DNA of 64,000 nucleotides from contig CAVVXN010000005.1 in NCBI GenBank assembly GCA_963752285.1, positions 1,408,001-1,472,000 on the forward strand, in the 5' to 3' direction. This document shows, piece after piece, positions 8,874-17,020 of the stretch; within the stretch, counting starts at the first letter, position 1, and the number at the start of each line of letters is the position of its first letter. The position numbers and the translations under genes were made by a program. Below the pieces are notes generated by a model. That model saw only the letters and a list, made by a program, of their open reading frames with translations. It made no database searches and was not told the DNA's origin. The stretch comes from an uncultured Planctomycetota bacterium. GTDB lineage: Bacteria > Planctomycetota > PLA2 > JAEUHO01.

Positions 8874-9887
8874 TCAACGTGCCGGAACGTTTCCCCGGCG
8901 TCCCGCGGGCGCGAGCCAGCCCGCCTCGCGGTACCAGACCGCGGTCCGCCGGGTGCCCTCGGCGGCGCCGACCTCGGCGTGCCAACCGACGTCCGCACGG
9001 AGCGCGTCCGCGCTGCACACGTACGCCGTGCCTCCGAGCTCGAGGACGCGCTGGCGGTTCAGGAGCGGCGCCCGGCGCTGGAGCTGGCCCACGACCTCCG
9101 AGGCCGAGGCGAGCAGGCGGAGCGTGCTGTCCGGCACGCGGACGAGGCGCGCGGGCCGCCCCACCGCCCGCGCCACGTGGGCCAGGAAGTCCTCGACGGG
9201 GAGGCGCTCCGGGTGCGTGAGGAAGTACGTCCGCCCGACCGAGGTCGGGTGCCGCGCCGCGGCGAGCATGCCCGCCGCGACGTCCTCGGCGTAGACGAAG
9301 TGGTAGGTGCGGCCCCCGTCCCCCAGCCGCGGCAGGATCCCCCGCGCCGCGGCCTTGAACACGGCGAGGAAGTCGCGGTCGTAGGGACCGTACACGGCCG
9401 GGGGACGCAGGATCGTCCACGCGATCCCGTCGGACTCGAGGCGCACCACCTCCTCGGCGACGCGCTTGCTCTCCCCGTACCAGGTGACCGGGCGACAGGG
9501 GTCCCCCTCCCGCAGGTCGTGACCGTCTGGTGACGGCCCCGCCGCGGCGAGGCTCGAGCAGAGGACGAAGCGGCCCGCGAGCCCCGCGCGCCGCGCCGCG
9601 CGGACCAGCGACCGCGTCGCCTCGACGTTCGTCTCGAACATCTCGCGGCGCGTGCGCGAGCGCGTCAGCGCCGCGAGGTGGTAGACCTCGTCCACGCCGC
9701 GAACCGCCCGGGCCACCGCGTCGGGGTCGCGGACGTCGCCGGGCACCATCTCGACCTCGAGGCCCGCGAGCGTCTCGGGACGGGTGCGGCGTCGCGAGAG
9801 GCAGCGGACCGCGTCGCCCTCGGCGAGGAGGTGCCGAACGAGGTGACTCCCCACGAAGCCGTGGCCACCGGTCAACAGGACCCGCAT
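8874..9887 (-). CDS. NAD-dependent epimerase/dehydratase (extended SDR); candidate ceramide/3-keto-sphingolipid reductase
   Basis: MRVLLTGGHGFVG, VYHLAA, SSLAAAG, YGESK (YxxxK), LRPPAVYGP; divergent from spt. Confidence 0.82.
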   Translation of the reverse strand: MRVLLTGGHGFVGSHLVRHLLAEGDAVRCLSRRRTRPETLAGLEVEMVPGDVRDPDAVARAVRGVDEVYHLAALTRSRTRREMFETNVEATRSLVRAARRAGLAGRFVLCSSLAAAGPSPDGHDLREGDPCRPVTWYGESKRVAEEVVRLESDGIAWTILRPPAVYGPYDRDFLAVFKAAARGILPRLGDGGRTYHFVYAEDVAAGMLAAARHPTSVGRTYFLTHPERLPVEDFLAHVARAVGRPARLVRVPDSTLRLLASASEVVGQLQRRAPLLNRQRVLELGGTAYVCSADALRADVGWHAEVGAAEGTRRTAVWYREAGWLAPAGRRGNVPAR

Positions 9888-9949
9888 CCGACCGAGCATA
9901 GCGGCGGCGCCGCTCGCGAGGTGCCGCCGCGGGGGCCACCAGGGCCAAG

Positions 9950-9977
9950 TTGACGGGGAGGGGGCGGTCCCTACCAT
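9950..9977 (+). promoter_or_regulatory. Putative sigma70 promoter for the spt operon
   Basis: TTGACG-N16-TACCAT in the divergent intergenic region. Confidence 0.45.
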
Positions 9978-10136
9978 GGGGCGGCTCTCGGCCGACCCCT
10001 CCGGCCCCCGACCGGCGCACGGGGCCGGGAGCGACGGTGGGCGAGGGCCGCGGACCCGGTGGTCGGGTATCGTGGCGGCGGGGCGGGAGTCGCACTCGGT
10101 TGGGCCCGGGGCCTCGCCCCGCGAGGACGAGCGGAT

Positions 10137-11330
10137 TTGGACCTGTTCGCGAAGATCGCCCGGTGGCACCGGGCCGACGACTTCATGGAAGCGGGGATCT
10201 ACCCCTACTTCCGCGCCATCGAGGAGACCACCGGGGGAACCCGGGTCGTCCTGGACGGGCGGGACGTCGTCATGGCGGGGTCCAACAACTACCTCGGCCT
10301 GACCCACGACCCGCGGGTCATGGAGGCCTCCCGGCGCGCGGTCTCGCGGTTCGGGACCGGCTGCACGGGCTCGCGGTTCCTGAACGGCACGCTCTGCCTC
10401 CACGAGGAGCTCGAGGAGCGCCTCGCCGACTTCCTGGGGAAGGAAGCCTGCATCACGTCGGGCACGGGCTACCAGACGAACGTCGGGGCGATCGCGGCGC
10501 TGAGCGGGCGCGAGGACCTCATCTTCGGCGACCGCGACAACCACGCCTCCATCATCGACGGCTGTCGCCTCTCGTTCGCCAAGCTCCTGAAGTACCGCCA
10601 CAACGACGTCGAAGACCTGGAGCGTCTCCTCGCGGAGACGAGCGTGACCGGCGAGGGCGCACGCCTCATCGTCACGGACGGCGTGTTCTCGATGCTCGGC
10701 GACCTCGCCCCCCTGCCCGACCTCGCGCGCCTCGCGCGCGAGAACGACGCGCGCCTCCTGGTGGACGACGCCCACGCGATCGGCGTCCTCGGCGCCCACG
10801 GGCGCGGCACGGGAGAGCACTTCGGCGTCGAGAAGGACGTGGACCTGGTCGTCGGCACGTTCTCCAAGTCGTTCGCGTGCCTCGGCGGGTTCGTGGCCGG
10901 GCCGAAGCAGATCGTCCACTACATCAAGCACTGCAGTCGCTCCGTCATCTTCTCCGCGAGCATGACGCCCGCGAGCGTCGCGACGGTCCTGGCGTGCCTC
11001 GACATCATCGAGCGCGAGCCCGAGCGCCGGCAGCGCCTCTGGGACAACGTCCAGTACATGAAGCACGGGTTCGAGGAGCTGGGGCTGGACGTGATCGACG
11101 GCGGGAGCCCCATCCTCTCCGTCGTGATCGGCGAGGAGGTGGCGACGCTCGAGTTCAACCGGCTCCTCTACCAGCACGGGGTGTTCGTGAACCCCGTGCT
11201 CCCGCCGGCCGTGCCCGACGGGATGAGCCTGCTCCGCACCTCCTACATGGCGACGCACACGAGCGAGGACCTCGACCGGATCCTCGAGGCCTTCAAGGCC
11301 GTGGGCGATCAGCTCCGCATCGCTCGGTAG
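10137..11330 (+). CDS. spt: Serine palmitoyltransferase-like alpha-oxoamine synthase
   Basis: GIYPYFR, GSNNYLGL, GTGCTGSRFLNGT, NHASIIDG, DGVFSM, DDAH and GTFSKS (PLP Lys). This pattern fits Spt rather than BioF. TTG start at 10137 follows GAGG. Confidence 0.78.
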   Translation: MDLFAKIARWHRADDFMEAGIYPYFRAIEETTGGTRVVLDGRDVVMAGSNNYLGLTHDPRVMEASRRAVSRFGTGCTGSRFLNGTLCLHEELEERLADFLGKEACITSGTGYQTNVGAIAALSGREDLIFGDRDNHASIIDGCRLSFAKLLKYRHNDVEDLERLLAETSVTGEGARLIVTDGVFSMLGDLAPLPDLARLARENDARLLVDDAHAIGVLGAHGRGTGEHFGVEKDVDLVVGTFSKSFACLGGFVAGPKQIVHYIKHCSRSVIFSASMTPASVATVLACLDIIEREPERRQRLWDNVQYMKHGFEELGLDVIDGGSPILSVVIGEEVATLEFNRLLYQHGVFVNPVLPPAVPDGMSLLRTSYMATHTSEDLDRILEAFKAVGDQLRIAR

Positions 11331-11343
11331 GCGGTCGGTCCCC

Positions 11344-12471
11344 GTGCCCGATCCCGTCCGCGTCCTCCCCGAGTCCGGCCCGAAGGACCGCGCGCGGTTC
11401 ATCGACTTCCCGTACCGGCTGTACCGCGGCCACCCCGTCTGGGTCCCGCCGCTCCGCGTCGGGGAGCGAGACCTGATGGACCGGAGGAAGAACCCCTTCT
11501 TCCGGCACGCGACCGTCGAGCACTTCCTGGCCTGGCGCGGCGACCGCGTGGTCGGACGCGTGGCGGCCATCGAGAACCGTCTGCACAACGAGACCCACCA
11601 CGACCGGCTCGGCTTCTTCGGGTTCTTCGACGTCGAGCCCGACGCGGAGGCGGCGCGCGGCCTCCTCGACGCCGCCCGTGCCTGGCTCGCGCCGCGCGGC
11701 CTAGATCGCGTGTGCGGACCCGTCAATTACAGCACGAACGACTCGTGCGGGGTCCTGGTGGACGGCTTCGAGCACCGGCCGGCGATCCTGATGCCGTACA
11801 ACCGCCCGGACTACGACGAGCTGGTCGTCGGCGCCGGATTCGAGGGCGTGAAGGACCTGCTCGCCTTCCTCATCACCCACGAGGGGGAGGTCCCGGAGCG
11901 CTTCCGGAACGTGGTGAACCGTCGGGTCGCGAAGTCGAACCTCACCCTCAGGGACATCGACACGAAGCACCTCGACGACGAGATCGACGGGCTTCTGGAC
12001 GTCTACAACCGGTGCTGGTCGGACAACTGGGGATTCGTGCCCGCGACGGCCGACGAATTCCGTCACGCGGCCAAGCAGATGGTCCCCGTGCTCGAGCAGG
12101 ACATGTCGTGCGTGGCCGAGCTCGACGGCAAGCCGGTCGGCGTGAGCCTGATCCTCCGCGACCTGAACCGCCTCCTCCCCGGCACGAACGGGCGGCTGTG
12201 GCGCGCGCTGCCGCGCCTCCTCTTCGGGCTCTCGAAGCTCAAGCACATGCGGATCATCGCGCTGGGGGTCGTGCCCGAGTGCCGCGGCCGCGGCATCGTC
12301 GAGGCGATGTTCCTCCGCTCCACGGACGTCGGCATCCGGAAGGGGTACCTGACGGGCGAGGCGTCCTGGATCCTCGAGGACAACCGCCTGATGCAGGCCC
12401 CCATCGTGGCCGTGGGCGGACGGGCTTGGAAGCGCTACCGGATGTACGAGGCCCCGACGGCCCCGGCCTGA
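11344..12471 (+). CDS. GNAT-family acyltransferase, probable bacterial ceramide synthase (bCerS-like)
   Basis: FIDFPYRLY...WVPPL...NPFF...VGRVAA...GFFGFFD...GP...STND...GF...MPYN...NWGFVP...EASWILEDN; starts 13 bp after spt. Confidence 0.72.
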   Translation: MPDPVRVLPESGPKDRARFIDFPYRLYRGHPVWVPPLRVGERDLMDRRKNPFFRHATVEHFLAWRGDRVVGRVAAIENRLHNETHHDRLGFFGFFDVEPDAEAARGLLDAARAWLAPRGLDRVCGPVNYSTNDSCGVLVDGFEHRPAILMPYNRPDYDELVVGAGFEGVKDLLAFLITHEGEVPERFRNVVNRRVAKSNLTLRDIDTKHLDDEIDGLLDVYNRCWSDNWGFVPATADEFRHAAKQMVPVLEQDMSCVAELDGKPVGVSLILRDLNRLLPGTNGRLWRALPRLLFGLSKLKHMRIIALGVVPECRGRGIVEAMFLRSTDVGIRKGYLTGEASWILEDNRLMQAPIVAVGGRAWKRYRMYEAPTAPA

Positions 12472-12494
12472 GCCCGGGGCGCGGTCCTCGCGGC

Positions 12495-13583
12495 TCAGCC
12501 TCCGGCGGGCGCCGGCTGGCCGAGGCGCGCGCGGAGCGAGCCCTCGTTCTCCTTGAACCAGTCGCGCCAGCGCTTCTGGAGCTTGTGCCGCTCCTGGCGG
12601 CTCATGCCCGCGAGGAACTCGAACTGCTGGCCCGTGATGGCCTGCAGCGCGTCGTTCGCCGCGGTGCGTACCAGTTGGTCGTCGTCGTCGAGCGCATCGA
12701 TCAGCGGTTCCACGGCGTCCACGGCCTTCAGGTCGCCGAGCGCGGTCGCCGCGCCGAGGCGCACGTAGTAGTCCTTGTCGTTCTTGAGCACGTCCACGAG
12801 CGGGGCCACCGCGCGGAGGTCCTTCAGCCGGCCGAGCTCGAGCGTCGCGCTGAATCGGATGTTCTCGTTCGCGTCCTTGAGCCGCTTGATCCACTTCTCC
12901 ACGTCCCCGTCCGTGGCCGCGCCGCCGGGGGGCGGCGTCGGCGTGGCCCTCGGGGGCGTGGGCCCGGGCGTCGGCTCGGGGGTGGGCTCGGGCGTCGGCT
13001 CGGGCGTCGGCGTGGGCGGAGGCGCAGCCGTCTTCTGGTGCTCCAGCCGGTCCGCCTGGTCCTTGATCTCGCGAAGCAGGCGGTTCAGCCCGTTGACCTC
13101 CTTTTCGAGGTCGCCGATCCGGACGCCGTGCTGCGAGAGGTGGTCGGCGGCCAGCCGGTCGCTCTCCTCGAGGCGGGACTGGAGCCCGGCGAGTCGCTGG
13201 TCCACGTCCTTCTTCACGCCGGCCAGCGCCGCGTCCGCCGCCTGGTCGGCGTGGGCCCGAAGCTCGGTCGCGACCGTCGCCGTCCGCGCCGTGGCGCGCG
13301 CCTCGCCCGCCCCGACGGCGGTGTCGATGGCGTCCTTGACGGCGGCCGTCACGGCCGGCGGCTCGGACCGTCCGAGCTCGGTCACGAGGAGCCACGTGGC
13401 GACGCCGGCGGCGTAGAGGGCGAGCACGAAGGCCAGCCAGGTGCGAGGCCCACCGACGGAGAGGCTCCGGGCCAGGGCGCACGACCCGTGATAGTGCCGT
13501 CCGCCGACCGTCACGGCCTTCCCGGCGTCGAAGTCGCCGTCCGGGATGCTCTCCGAGCAGCGGTCACAGAATCGGATCTCCAT
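12495..13583 (-). CDS. Membrane protein: N-terminal Zn-finger, TM, coiled coil, Pro/Thr linker, HEAT repeats
   Basis: FCDRC...HYHGSC, a hydrophobic helix, (PTPE)n linker, HEAT repeats RAVAPLVDVL...VRLGAATALG. Confidence 0.75.
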   Translation of the reverse strand: MEIRFCDRCSESIPDGDFDAGKAVTVGGRHYHGSCALARSLSVGGPRTWLAFVLALYAAGVATWLLVTELGRSEPPAVTAAVKDAIDTAVGAGEARATARTATVATELRAHADQAADAALAGVKKDVDQRLAGLQSRLEESDRLAADHLSQHGVRIGDLEKEVNGLNRLLREIKDQADRLEHQKTAAPPPTPTPEPTPEPTPEPTPGPTPPRATPTPPPGGAATDGDVEKWIKRLKDANENIRFSATLELGRLKDLRAVAPLVDVLKNDKDYYVRLGAATALGDLKAVDAVEPLIDALDDDDQLVRTAANDALQAITGQQFEFLAGMSRQERHKLQKRWRDWFKENEGSLRARLGQPAPAGG

Positions 13584-13684
13584 GGGCTCCCCGGGGTGTT
13601 CAGGTTTCGTGGCTCTCCCCTATGGGAACGCGCAGGCCCGGGGAAGGGGGAGAACGCCACCTCGTCCCCGGCGCGGGCCCCCCC

Positions 13685-14032
13685 TCAGCTCGGAGGCGGT
13701 CGGCGGTCGTTCGCGGCGTCGAGCTCCTCGGCGAGGCGGGTGACCTGCTCTTTCATGAGCCGGCCGACCTTGAACTTGACCACGTGTCGCGCCGGGACCC
13801 CGACCTTCTCGCGCGTGCGGGGGTTCAGGGCCTTCCGGGCCGCGCGCTCCTGGATCTCGAACACGCCGAACTCCCGGAACTCCAAGCGGTTGCCGCGGCC
13901 GAGCTCGAGGATGATCTCGTCCAGGAACGCCTGGATCACGTCCTTGACGACGACCTTCGTCTGCCCGGTCCGGTCCGCGATCCGCGTCACGAGCTCCTTC
14001 TTCGTGACGGTTCGCTTGGCGAGCGTCCTCAC
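13685..14032 (-). CDS. HU/IHF family DNA-binding protein
   Basis: VTKKELV...IQAFLDEI...LEFREFGVFE...ARKALNPRT...VVKFKVG. Start is uncertain (GTG at 14032). Confidence 0.9.
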   Translation of the reverse strand: MRTLAKRTVTKKELVTRIADRTGQTKVVVKDVIQAFLDEIILELGRGNRLEFREFGVFEIQERAARKALNPRTREKVGVPARHVVKFKVGRLMKEQVTRLAEELDAANDRRPPPS

Positions 14033-14146
14033 CGAGGACGGGTGCTCGCGTCTGGAGGGCGACGGACCGGGCATTCTCGCGACCTCCCCGGGCCTCCTGA
14101 CGGGGCCACGCCTCCCCGCCGATCCTCGTAGGTCCTTTGCAGCCAG

Positions 14147-14176
14147 AGTTTTAGGGCCGATCCGGCCCGCTGTCAA
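14147..14176 (-). promoter_or_regulatory. Putative sigma70 promoter upstream of the HU gene
   Basis: Minus strand TTGACA-N17-TAAAAC(T). Confidence 0.55.
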
Positions 14177-14280
14177 AGGGGCGGTCCCCGGCCGGGGCCT
14201 GCCGCGGGGGGGCCAAGGCCACCCCCGCCGGGCGACCCCGGTGTAGGTTCTCGGGGCCCGCGCCCGCCCCCGGAGTCCCG

Positions 14281-14694
14281 ATGGCCCGCCGAGAGATCCC
14301 CCTCGCGCTCGAGATGCGCGACATCAAGTACGTCCGCCGGTCGGACGCCGAGAAGGACCGGGTCGCGGCGCGGCTCCGGGAAGCCGGACGCCGCAGCGAG
14401 GCGATCCTCCTCTTCGAGCACCGCGCGGACCACCCGTTCCTCGCCGAGGAGAAGACCTGGGCCGTCTCGGACGGCCGGACCTTCCACCTCCTCGGTCTGA
14501 GGCGCCTCGGCGTGCCCGTGGCGCCCGAGGAGCTGCGGGCCACCGCCAGAGCCGCCGAGGCCGCGGGCCGCTGGCTCGAGGCGCGCCTCGCCTACGTCCA
14601 GCTCTCGGACGAGGAGGCGGTCCGGCGGATCGCGGAGCACCTCCCCGAGAGCGTGCGCCCGGCGCCCGAGGTCGAGGAGGAGCCGGCCGAGTGA
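14281..14694 (+). CDS. Hypothetical protein
   Basis: 137-aa ORF with codon usage typical of this genome; no motif recognised. Confidence 0.6.
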   Translation: MARREIPLALEMRDIKYVRRSDAEKDRVAARLREAGRRSEAILLFEHRADHPFLAEEKTWAVSDGRTFHLLGLRRLGVPVAPEELRATARAAEAAGRWLEARLAYVQLSDEEAVRRIAEHLPESVRPAPEVEEEPAE

Positions 14695-14721
14695 GCGCGG
14701 CCGCGCACGGCGCGGCGGCCC

Positions 14722-16971
14722 CTACCTCGGCGGCTGGGCGTCCTCGCCATTCCCCTCGTTCGGGTCGTCCTGCGCCGCGACCAGCCGCTGGAGCTTCTCC
14801 CGCTCCGCCTCGAAGCGTCTCAGCTCCCCCGCCGCGCGGTCGTCGAGCGGCGCGCCCGTCGGCGTGCGGAGGTGCTTCTCCGCGCGGTCGATGACGTCGA
14901 GGGCGTCGCGGTAGCTTCCGAACCACTCGCCGTAGAGCCACGCCAGGCGGTGGGCGCCCTCGAAGCGGGTCGGGTCCGCGTCGAGCGCCGACTCGTACTC
15001 GTCCCGCGCCTCGCGGTACCCGTCGGCCCCCCTCGACTCGGCGTCGTGCGCCCGCTTCATCGCGGCGTCGGCCACGCCGCGGGCCGCGCGTCGCGCGTCC
15101 TCGTAGACGGTGCGCACGTGGTCGCGTTCCTCGGGCGTCCGTGACGCGGCGAGCGCGCGGAGCAGGGTCGCCCGCGCGTCCGTGAAGCGGTGGGCCTTCA
15201 CGAGGAGCTGGCCCGCGCGCAGGAGCACGTCCGCGTCGTCGGGCGCGAGATCCACAGCCGCGGTGTGCAGCCAGCTCCCCGCCTCGTCCACCCGGCCCTG
15301 CGCCTCCACGGCGCGCGCGAGCCGCAGGTACGACTCCGTGAGGAAACGCCGGCGCGCTTGGGAGAGCGTCGCCAGGGCCTCGCGCGACCGTAGGCCCGGC
15401 TCGAGGGAGAGGCCGCGCTTCAGGCTCTCCTCCGCGTTCTGGAAGTCGGCCCGGAAGAGATCCACGGCACCGAGCCCGAGCCAGCCGTCCGGGAAGTCCG
15501 GTCGGAGCTCGGTGGCGGTCACGAAGTCGGGCCGGGCCGCCGCGCTCCGTCGGTTCGCCGAGGCCACGAGCGCGCGGCAGCGCGGGTCGTCGCTCGGGAG
15601 GCCGGCCGCCGCCTCGCGGTCCGCCTCGGCGTCCCGGATCTCGACCCAGGCGAGGCGCGCGGTGAAGCGGACGTCGTGGGGATATCGGTCCACCAGCGCA
15701 CGGGCGAACGAGAGGTCGTCCTTCCAAACGCGCCCCTCGGCGCGCGCGAGCGAGCCCAGCGCGACGACGAGGCCGCCGGCGCACGCGACGGCCGCCACGC
15801 GGACCGCGCGGCGGCCGAGTCCGACGCGCGCGGCGAGCGCCTCGACGAGGACGCCGCCCACGACGGCGAGCCCGGGCAGGGCCACGTACGCGAACCGCCC
15901 GACCACGACGGAGCCCGCCGGCGCGAGGAGGGACTGCGCGAGGAGCAGGAGCACGAACGCGACCGCGCCCGCCGCCGCCGGCGCCACGCGACGCGACCGC
16001 CACGCCGGGACGAGCCCGGCCAACGCGACGATCGTCACCACGGCCCCCAGCGCGAGGTCCCAGCCCCCGGTGAGCGCGCCGACCTCGGAGACGTCGCGCG
16101 TGACGGAGAGCGGCACGAAGAACGCGAACGCCGTCCGGCCCACGCCGATCACGCCGGCCGTGAGCGAGCCGGGGAACGCGGGCCAGCGCGCCGCGGAGAG
16201 GAGGAGGTAGACCGCGAGGCCGACCGCGAGGGCGGCGCCCCCCAGGAGGCGCCGCCGTCGGTCGGGGCGAAGCCCGCCGCCGGCGTCGAGGACGAGCAGC
16301 GCGAGCGGGAGGCCGACCGCCGACTCCTTCGCGGCGAGCGCCAGGAGGTAGCCGAGGCCCACGAGGGGGAGCAGGGCGGGCGCGTCCCGCGTGGCGCGGC
16401 GCCACACGAGCGCCGTGGCGAGACACAGGACCGAGGCGAGCAGGTCCGCACGCCCCGCGAAGGAGGTCACGGCCCCCGTCGCGAGCGGGTGCACCGCGAA
16501 GAGGAGCGCCGCGGCGCCGGCGAGCCACGACCGGCCCGGAAGCGCCCGCACGAGGACCTGGAAGAGCAGCAGCGCCGCGAGACCATGGAGGAAGAGGTTC
16601 GTCAGGTGGAACCCGAAGGAGCGCGCGAACGCGCCCTCCTTCCCCCAGACCGGCGCCTCGACGGCGAAGGTCGCGACGGCGAGCGGCCGCCACGCGTCCG
16701 GCTCGCTCGGGGTGGACCACGCGTGGGCTCCGAATCCCTGGACCGCGCCGGCGACGCCGCGCCGAACGACCGGGTCGTCCCGCACGAGAGCGCGCCCGTC
16801 CACGGACCACGCGCTCGTGAGCGCCCCGCCCTGCGCGATCCACGCCGCGGCCACGACGAGGAGGGGCAGCCACGGGGGCGCGTTCCGTCTCCCGGCCGCG
16901 AGGTCCGGCGCGCTCCCGCGCCGCGGGGCCGACGCGGCCGTCGCGTTCGTGTCGTGCGATTCCACGGTCAC
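14722..16971 (-). CDS. TMTC-like GT-C membrane glycosyltransferase with C-terminal TPRs
   Basis: WRPL, FHLTNLFLH, LLFAVHPL...AV...GRADLL, KESAV; multiple TM helices followed by TPR-like helices. Confidence 0.7.
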   Translation of the reverse strand: MTVESHDTNATAASAPRRGSAPDLAAGRRNAPPWLPLLVVAAAWIAQGGALTSAWSVDGRALVRDDPVVRRGVAGAVQGFGAHAWSTPSEPDAWRPLAVATFAVEAPVWGKEGAFARSFGFHLTNLFLHGLAALLLFQVLVRALPGRSWLAGAAALLFAVHPLATGAVTSFAGRADLLASVLCLATALVWRRATRDAPALLPLVGLGYLLALAAKESAVGLPLALLVLDAGGGLRPDRRRRLLGGAALAVGLAVYLLLSAARWPAFPGSLTAGVIGVGRTAFAFFVPLSVTRDVSEVGALTGGWDLALGAVVTIVALAGLVPAWRSRRVAPAAAGAVAFVLLLLAQSLLAPAGSVVVGRFAYVALPGLAVVGGVLVEALAARVGLGRRAVRVAAVACAGGLVVALGSLARAEGRVWKDDLSFARALVDRYPHDVRFTARLAWVEIRDAEADREAAAGLPSDDPRCRALVASANRRSAAARPDFVTATELRPDFPDGWLGLGAVDLFRADFQNAEESLKRGLSLEPGLRSREALATLSQARRRFLTESYLRLARAVEAQGRVDEAGSWLHTAAVDLAPDDADVLLRAGQLLVKAHRFTDARATLLRALAASRTPEERDHVRTVYEDARRAARGVADAAMKRAHDAESRGADGYREARDEYESALDADPTRFEGAHRLAWLYGEWFGSYRDALDVIDRAEKHLRTPTGAPLDDRAAGELRRFEAEREKLQRLVAAQDDPNEGNGEDAQPPR

Positions 16972-17020
16972 GGGGTCGGGGGGGACGCGCCCGTCCTGGC
17001 GACGGGGGCGTCCCGACGTC

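Noticed and set aside
10137..11330. Annotation as bioF or kbl
   Set aside because: The motifs and the GNAT/reductase neighbours fit Spt better, and no bio or tdh genes are adjacent; phylogeny is still needed.
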